From NCBI GenBank assembly GCA_937891735.1, contig CALAGR010000138.1, positions 7,123 through 71,122 on the forward strand: DNA of 64,000 nt, in the 5' to 3' direction. Positions 59,256 to 64,000 of this stretch are shown here, in pieces. Under the pieces are notes generated by a model. The model searched no databases and was not told the origin of the DNA. It saw only the letters and a program-made list of their open reading frames with translations. The position numbers and the translations under genes were made by a program. Position 1 is the stretch's first letter, and each line of letters begins with the position of its first letter. This DNA comes from an uncultured Pseudomonadota bacterium (lineage in GTDB: Bacteria > Myxococcota_A > UBA796 > UBA9615).

Positions 59256-60427
59256 AGGCGGGCTCCTCGGGGTGTGGTGATTCGGGTGCCGGGCGCGCGC
59301 AGATCCAGGCAGATCTCGAGGGCGCCGGCGACGCGGTCGACCTCGTCGAGCGTCATCCCCGGAAACAGGGGCAGGGACAGGACGTGGTCGGTCAGGTGCT
59401 CGGTCACGGGGAGCGCCCGGGAGGTGGGGTAGGGCGGCATCTGGTGGCAGGCGATGGGGTAGTGCAGCCCCGCGCCGATCTGGTGCTTGTCGCGCAGGTC
59501 GGCGAAGACGCGATCCCGCACCGTCGAGTCGGCGCCCACCGTCACCTGCACCACGAAGAGGTGGTGCACGTGGTTCGGAGCGTCCGCTGGCAGTCGGAGG
59601 GCGCCGGCGCCGTCGTGCCGTCCGAGGCGCTCGCGGTACGCGTCCGCCAGATCCCGCCGTTGCTGGTTCCACTCATCGAGGTGCTTGAGCTTGATGCGCA
59701 GGGCGGCGGCCTGGATCTCGTCGAACCGGGAGTTGAGGCCGATCTCGCTGACGCTGTGCTTGCCGGCCCGCCCGTGGTTGCGCAGGCCGCGGATCCGCGC
59801 CGCGTGGCGGCTGTTCTGGGCGATGACGAAGCCACCGTCCCCCAGGGCCCCCAGGTTCTTGGCCGGATAGAAGCTGTAGCAGGTCAGCGTGGTGTCCTGG
59901 GACACGCCGGGCGAGCCGTGGGCCTGGGCCGCGTCGCCGATCAGCTTGATGTCCTGGCGTCCGGCGGCCTGCAGGACCGCGTCGATCCCGGCCACGTCGG
60001 CGCGGCGGCCGTACAGGTGGATCGGGATCACGGCCTTGATGCCCTCGGCGCCGGGCTCCTCGAGGATCTGCGCCAGATCGGCCGGATCGAGCGTGCGGGA
60101 GGCTTCGCCCACGTCGCAGAAGATCACCTCGGCGCCGGTGCGCACGATGGACTCGGGCGTCGCCATGAACGAGTTGGACACCGTCACCACGGCGTGGCCG
60201 GGGCCGATGTCCAGGGCGCGCAGGGCCAGGAAGAGCGCATCCGAGCCCGAGCCGCAGCAGATCCCCTCGCCACCGCCCTCGTGTCGCGCGAACTCCGCCT
60301 CGAACGCCTCGGTCTCGGGGCCCAGGTGGTACGAGCCCGAGGCGAGCACGCGAGCGAACGCATCGCCCAGCTCCCTCGCGAGGGGCTCATGCAGGCGCTT
60401 GAGGTCGACCAGGGGGAGGTGGGCCAT
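59252..60427 (-). CDS. DegT/DnrJ/EryC1/StrS sugar aminotransferase
   Basis: LPLVDL, GSGSDAL, PIHLYG, DAAQAHG, SFYPAKNLGALGDGG, NSRFDEIQAA, LSLPLFP. Confidence 0.95.
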   Translation of the reverse strand: MAHLPLVDLKRLHEPLARELGDAFARVLASGSYHLGPETEAFEAEFARHEGGGEGICCGSGSDALFLALRALDIGPGHAVVTVSNSFMATPESIVRTGAEVIFCDVGEASRTLDPADLAQILEEPGAEGIKAVIPIHLYGRRADVAGIDAVLQAAGRQDIKLIGDAAQAHGSPGVSQDTTLTCYSFYPAKNLGALGDGGFVIAQNSRHAARIRGLRNHGRAGKHSVSEIGLNSRFDEIQAAALRIKLKHLDEWNQQRRDLADAYRERLGRHDGAGALRLPADAPNHVHHLFVVQVTVGADSTVRDRVFADLRDKHQIGAGLHYPIACHQMPPYPTSRALPVTEHLTDHVLSLPLFPGMTLDEVDRVAGALEICLDLRAPGTRITTPRGARL

Positions 60428-60470
60428 CGGCGTGAAGGTAGCTGATCGACCCGCGCCGCCGCCTGACGCG

Positions 60471-60779
60471 CTACCTCATGGCGTCGGCGAAGGCCGCGGT
60501 CTTCGCTGGGTCCTTGGCCATGGCGAACATCGCCGCCTCGAACTCGTCGGCCGTCATGCCGGCGGCGCTCAGGGTCGCCTCGGCGTTGGCGGGATCGGCC
60601 TTGATGGCCCGGGCGATCCGCCCGAGCGTCTCGACCTCCGACTCCTGCTGCGATCCGGCGGGAGCGACAGCCGCGACCGGCTCCGGCTCGACGGAGGGGA
60701 CCGCGGTGGGCTCGGCGCCGCACCCGGCAAGGAAGGCCAGCGTGATGCTGGCCACGAACGTGCTGGTGAGAGCGCGCAT
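60471..60779 (-). CDS. Small hypothetical lipoprotein
   Basis: MRALTSTFVASITLAFLAGC lipobox; helical domain AGMTADEFEAAMFAMAKDP; TGATG coupling. Confidence 0.75.
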   Translation of the reverse strand: MRALTSTFVASITLAFLAGCGAEPTAVPSVEPEPVAAVAPAGSQQESEVETLGRIARAIKADPANAEATLSAAGMTADEFEAAMFAMAKDPAKTAAFADAMR

Positions 60780-61402
60780 CAGTTGCCCTTTCCCTTGCCC
60801 TTGGAGGGCTGGCTCGTCTCGGCGGGCGTGTTCACGGCGGCGCGGCCCCTGCCTTCGGCGGCCTTGCTCTTGCCCTTGTCCTTGTCCTTGTCCTTGTCCT
60901 TGTCCTTGTCCTTGTCCTGGTCCTTGGCCTTGGCGGCCACGTCGGCGCCCTCGTCCTTGCCGTGCTCGGTCGACCGGCCTCGCCACGTGCCCGCGGCCTT
61001 CGCGGCCTCCTTGTCGGCCTTGCGGCTGGTCTTCTCGGTCTCGATCGCGTCGGCGAGGGCCCTGCCGCGCTTGCCCGACTCGAGCTGGCTCTTCACGTAG
61101 GAGCCGAAGTTGCCCTTCCAGGCATCGCCATCGTCGGAGGACGCGGCGGCGTCGATCAGCTCGGTGGCCTCGCTCGCGTTGACGCCGGCCGCCTCAGCCG
61201 CGTCGAGCGCGCCTCGGACCTCTTCGTCGCTCATGCCGCCCTTGCGGAGCATTTCGACCTTGTCGGGCAGGTTGATGGCATCGAGCAGCCGCTTGGAGAT
61301 GCCCCCAGCAGCGCCCTTCGCGGCATCGCCGTCTTGCGCGAGCGCGGGTGTGCCCAGGAGCGCTCCCGCCAGAAACAGGGTGGTCGTCAGTCTCATGATC
61401 AC
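60779..61402 (-). CDS. Secreted hypothetical protein with (KD)n repeat and basic tail
   Basis: Signal peptide ...GTPALA|Q; NFGSYVKSQLESGKRGRALADAI; start at GTG 61402 or ATG 61396. Confidence 0.75.
   Translation of the reverse strand: MIMRLTTTLFLAGALLGTPALAQDGDAAKGAAGGISKRLLDAINLPDKVEMLRKGGMSDEEVRGALDAAEAAGVNASEATELIDAAASSDDGDAWKGNFGSYVKSQLESGKRGRALADAIETEKTSRKADKEAAKAAGTWRGRSTEHGKDEGADVAAKAKDQDKDKDKDKDKDKDKGKSKAAEGRGRAAVNTPAETSQPSKGKGKGN
60874..60915. repeat. Hexanucleotide tandem repeat (CCTTGT)7
   Basis: Seven perfect copies plus two degenerate; encodes DKDKDK on the minus strand. Confidence 0.95.
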
Positions 61403-63018
61403 TTTCCCTTCGGGGGCTTGGAGCCCTTGGTGCCGCTGGACTTGCTGCCCGAGTCGCCCTTGCCCTTGGTGCTCGTGCTTGTGCTTCCCGAGTCGCCCTT
61501 GCCCTTGGTGCTCGTGCTGGTCGAACCGCTGCCCGAGGCGGGCTTGCTGCCGGTCTCGGCCTTGCCGCTGGTCTGGGCGCTCGTGCTCGACGTCTGGCCC
61601 GTCGTGGTCGGCACTCCCAGCGCGATGTTCAGGGGCACCGTGATCGGACCGTAGCCGGGATCGATGGACACCTCGCCCATGAGGCGCAGCCCCGACAGGT
61701 CCGGCTTGCTGCCGCCCGCCGCGGCGCCCAGCAGGTCCGCGCCGAGCTTGTCCCAGTTGAACTCGCTGACCAGCTCCAGCTGCGAGCTGCCCAGCGCGCT
61801 GACCGCGACCTGGGTGCTCTGGGTCGCCCCCAGGGGCGTGCCCGCCGACGCCGGAGCGCCCACGGACACCAGCGCCACCGTCGTGCCGTCCGCGGCGACC
61901 AGGCCGAGCTTGAACGTCGGGGCGTGGATCAGGAACTCGTTGGGGTTGTCGATGAGGAACGGCGTGGCGACCCGGATCCCCTGGGGAAGGGCCGTGGGGA
62001 TCACGAGGCTGCCGATGGTCGGGTTGTTTTTGAAGTCGGCCCAGCCGCTGGTGAACGAGGCGATCTTCTGGCCCGCCTTCGGGTCGAGGGTGCCGAGCAG
62101 GACGCCCAGCTTCGGGAGCTGGACCGGCACCGCCACGGAGTTGTTCTTGTTGCTGATCGTCTGCTTGCCGTTGAGCTGAAGGACCCCGTTGATGGCGGTC
62201 AGCGCGGCGCTCGTCAGGTTGCTCGGGATGCCGAGGCGCTCGAGCAGCTCGCCCACGGGGATGTCCACCTGCTGGTTCATCGCCGCGTTCTCGAACTGCT
62301 CGAGGAACGCCGCCAGCGGCTCGACGTCCCTGGTCAGCTCGCCGATGACGTTGTCCAGGCTCATGGTCTCGCTGCGGCCGACCAGGGCGACCTGGGGCTT
62401 GCCGCCGTCCTGGCCGCGCAGCTTTGGGAACTTCGCGAGCTTGAGGCTGCCTTCGTGGGAGAAGGTCAGCTTTGCCTTGGCGAGGCCGCCGCTGTCCGCG
62501 CCCTTGAGGGCCTCCAGGCCCGTGGTGAGCAGGTCCTGGCCGGCGCCCTTGGCGGCGTCGGGCACGACGGAGCTCCCGGGGATCTCCGACAGGATCTCGA
62601 ACACCTTCTGCGGGATGTCGATGTTCGCGTCCGCGGTGAACGCGAAGGTGGCGTCCTTGCCGAAGGCGCGCCCCAGGCCCTTCTCGCTCAGGTCGAGCGT
62701 GAAGTCGTAGCGCACCTTCTTGGCGGTGCCGGCGGGCACGTCGAACCCGCCCTTGTGGCCCGTCTCGGCCACCGGGGCGCCGTCCACGTCGAGCCCGAAG
62801 GTGTGGTCCGGCACGACGAGCTTGATGCCCAGCGGGTTCTTCACCTTGAAGTCGAAGCCCACGGCGAGCTTCATGTCCTCGGATCCGGGGGACTTCTGCA
62901 CGGTCGTCACCGTCATGCCCGAGAAGGCCGCGGACGGCAGCTTGCCGGTCATGCAGCCCGTGCCGAAGGTGAGCAGCGCGGCGAGCGCCAGGAGGGCGCG
63001 CAGGGAGGGGGTCATCAA
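61399..63018 (-). CDS. Lipoprotein with two LEA_2/WHy-like domains and Ser/Thr/Lys/Gly tail
   Basis: Lipobox FGTGC; FKVKNPLGIKL and FLIDNPNEFLI (NPN-type motifs); low-complexity C-terminus. Confidence 0.7.
   Translation of the reverse strand: MMTPSLRALLALAALLTFGTGCMTGKLPSAAFSGMTVTTVQKSPGSEDMKLAVGFDFKVKNPLGIKLVVPDHTFGLDVDGAPVAETGHKGGFDVPAGTAKKVRYDFTLDLSEKGLGRAFGKDATFAFTADANIDIPQKVFEILSEIPGSSVVPDAAKGAGQDLLTTGLEALKGADSGGLAKAKLTFSHEGSLKLAKFPKLRGQDGGKPQVALVGRSETMSLDNVIGELTRDVEPLAAFLEQFENAAMNQQVDIPVGELLERLGIPSNLTSAALTAINGVLQLNGKQTISNKNNSVAVPVQLPKLGVLLGTLDPKAGQKIASFTSGWADFKNNPTIGSLVIPTALPQGIRVATPFLIDNPNEFLIHAPTFKLGLVAADGTTVALVSVGAPASAGTPLGATQSTQVAVSALGSSQLELVSEFNWDKLGADLLGAAAGGSKPDLSGLRLMGEVSIDPGYGPITVPLNIALGVPTTTGQTSSTSAQTSGKAETGSKPASGSGSTSTSTKGKGDSGSTSTSTKGKGDSGSKSSGTKGSKPPKGK
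61448..61518. repeat. 39-bp-period direct repeat encoding GSTSTSTKGKGDS x2
   Basis: CCCGAGTCGCCCTTGCCCTTGGTGCTCGTGCT at 61448 and 61487. Confidence 0.9.
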
Positions 63019-63028
63019 AGCTCCGTAA

Positions 63029-64000
63029 TCAGATTCGGCGGGACACGGGGATCCAGAGGATCCCGAAGTCGCGCATGTGGATGTCGTTCTTCTCGAGCCG
63101 CACTTCTCGCTCTTCGATCTCTTCGAGGGACTCGGCGTGCTCCTCTTCGACGGCTGCGCGCTTCTCTTCGAGCTCGGCGGCGAGGTCTTCCAGTTCGGCC
63201 TGCAGGGTCTCCACGTCGTCCTCGGCGGAGTCGATGCGCCGCCCCGTGGTGGCTGCGGTCTTGCGCTTGCTCAGCACCGAGCCCACCGAGCGCTTGCGCC
63301 CCATGAAGAACGAGAGCACGACCTCGCCCAGGTTGACGACCTCCTGGGCCTTCTCGGCCTTGGACCGGGACTCGAGCGTGTCCAGGTCATTCTGCTTCTT
63401 GCGCAGCTTCTCCTCGATGCGGTCGATCTTCGTCTCGTACCGCTCCTTGAGCTTGGCGAGCTCCGCGTCCACCAGGTCCGCGACCTGCTCCTCACATCGA
63501 TCCGTGAACGCCTCGCGGCTCTCGCCGGCCTTGCCGTGCAGCTTCAGGGGCGCGCAGACCCACTGGGCGCGCGCTTCGTTGCGGTAGACCAGATCGAGGA
63601 CGTCGCGCTTCGCGGCGGACAGCTCCGAGGCTTCGTCCAGCCAGTCGGGCAGATCGGCGAAGCGGCCGGACTCCGGGGGACGGGTGTCGAGATCGTCCGC
63701 ATCCAGGCGCACGGGCAGGGCCTCCTCGGGCAGGCGGCCGCCGTCGAGGGGGAACCAGACCATGTGGTGGTCTTCGTCCTGGGTGTAGCCGGCCTTCTCC
63801 TCGTCGAACCGCAGCGACATGCGCGCGTACAGGGCGGGCTTGTAGGCGATCGCGCCGTCGTCGCGGCTGCCCTCGGAGTACCGCTCGAAGGCGCCGTCCA
63901 TGCGGGCCGCGAACGCGGTGCGGGGCTCCAGGAAGAACGTGTCGGCGCCCTTGGGTGAGGCCGGCGGCATGGGGCTCAGCCCGTCATGCACGGTCAGGTG
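63029..64000 (-). CDS. Partial (5' end outside window) coiled-coil protein; resembles the C-terminus of HerA-like/DUF87 ATP-binding proteins
   Basis: Frame open to the window edge; YKPAL, PLKLHGKAGESREAF, long coiled coil, terminal GILWIP. Family call is from recalled similarity; the ATPase domain is not visible. Confidence 0.6.
   Translation of the reverse strand, partial: HLTVHDGLSPMPPASPKGADTFFLEPRTAFAARMDGAFERYSEGSRDDGAIAYKPALYARMSLRFDEEKAGYTQDEDHHMVWFPLDGGRLPEEALPVRLDADDLDTRPPESGRFADLPDWLDEASELSAAKRDVLDLVYRNEARAQWVCAPLKLHGKAGESREAFTDRCEEQVADLVDAELAKLKERYETKIDRIEEKLRKKQNDLDTLESRSKAEKAQEVVNLGEVVLSFFMGRKRSVGSVLSKRKTAATTGRRIDSAEDDVETLQAELEDLAAELEEKRAAVEEEHAESLEEIEEREVRLEKNDIHMRDFGILWIPVSRRI

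Overview
High-GC bacterial chromosome segment, most consistent with Myxococcota/delta-proteobacterial affinity (bactofilin after parAB, MYXO-CTERM-like tail, AgmX/PglI-like domain, Hanks kinase). It holds the replication-origin region: bactofilin-parB-parA-rsmG-mnmG, a parS cluster, mnmE-jag-yidC-yidD-rnpA-rpmH, then dnaA-oriC-dnaN-recF-gyrB. gyrA follows after an intervening fabH, a paired ArsA/Get3-type ATPase, a hypothetical gene and a kinase. The left arm has a redox/metal neighbourhood (gshB, ATP-grasp, A-type Fe-S carrier, rhodanese, Ni-SOD with protease and His-rich transporter, Zn-free L33/L28). The right arm has hemL, a compositionally atypical surface-protein/GT-C pair, a MocR regulator, PhoD, a candidate amino-sugar modification pathway and an uncharacterised, translationally coupled envelope operon (ATPase, LEA_2 lipoprotein, KD-repeat protein, small lipoprotein). 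Best leads: a second origin-like element (perfect DnaA box plus AT-rich 3-nt repeats) embedded among the parS sites; a structured GCUGA-repeat RNA candidate after the bactofilin gene; the terminal envelope operon; and an Arn-like pathway with a carbamoyltransferase and PP-loop ATPase. No rRNA, tRNA, CRISPR array or transposase was recognised. All calls come from reading the sequence; no database searches were run.
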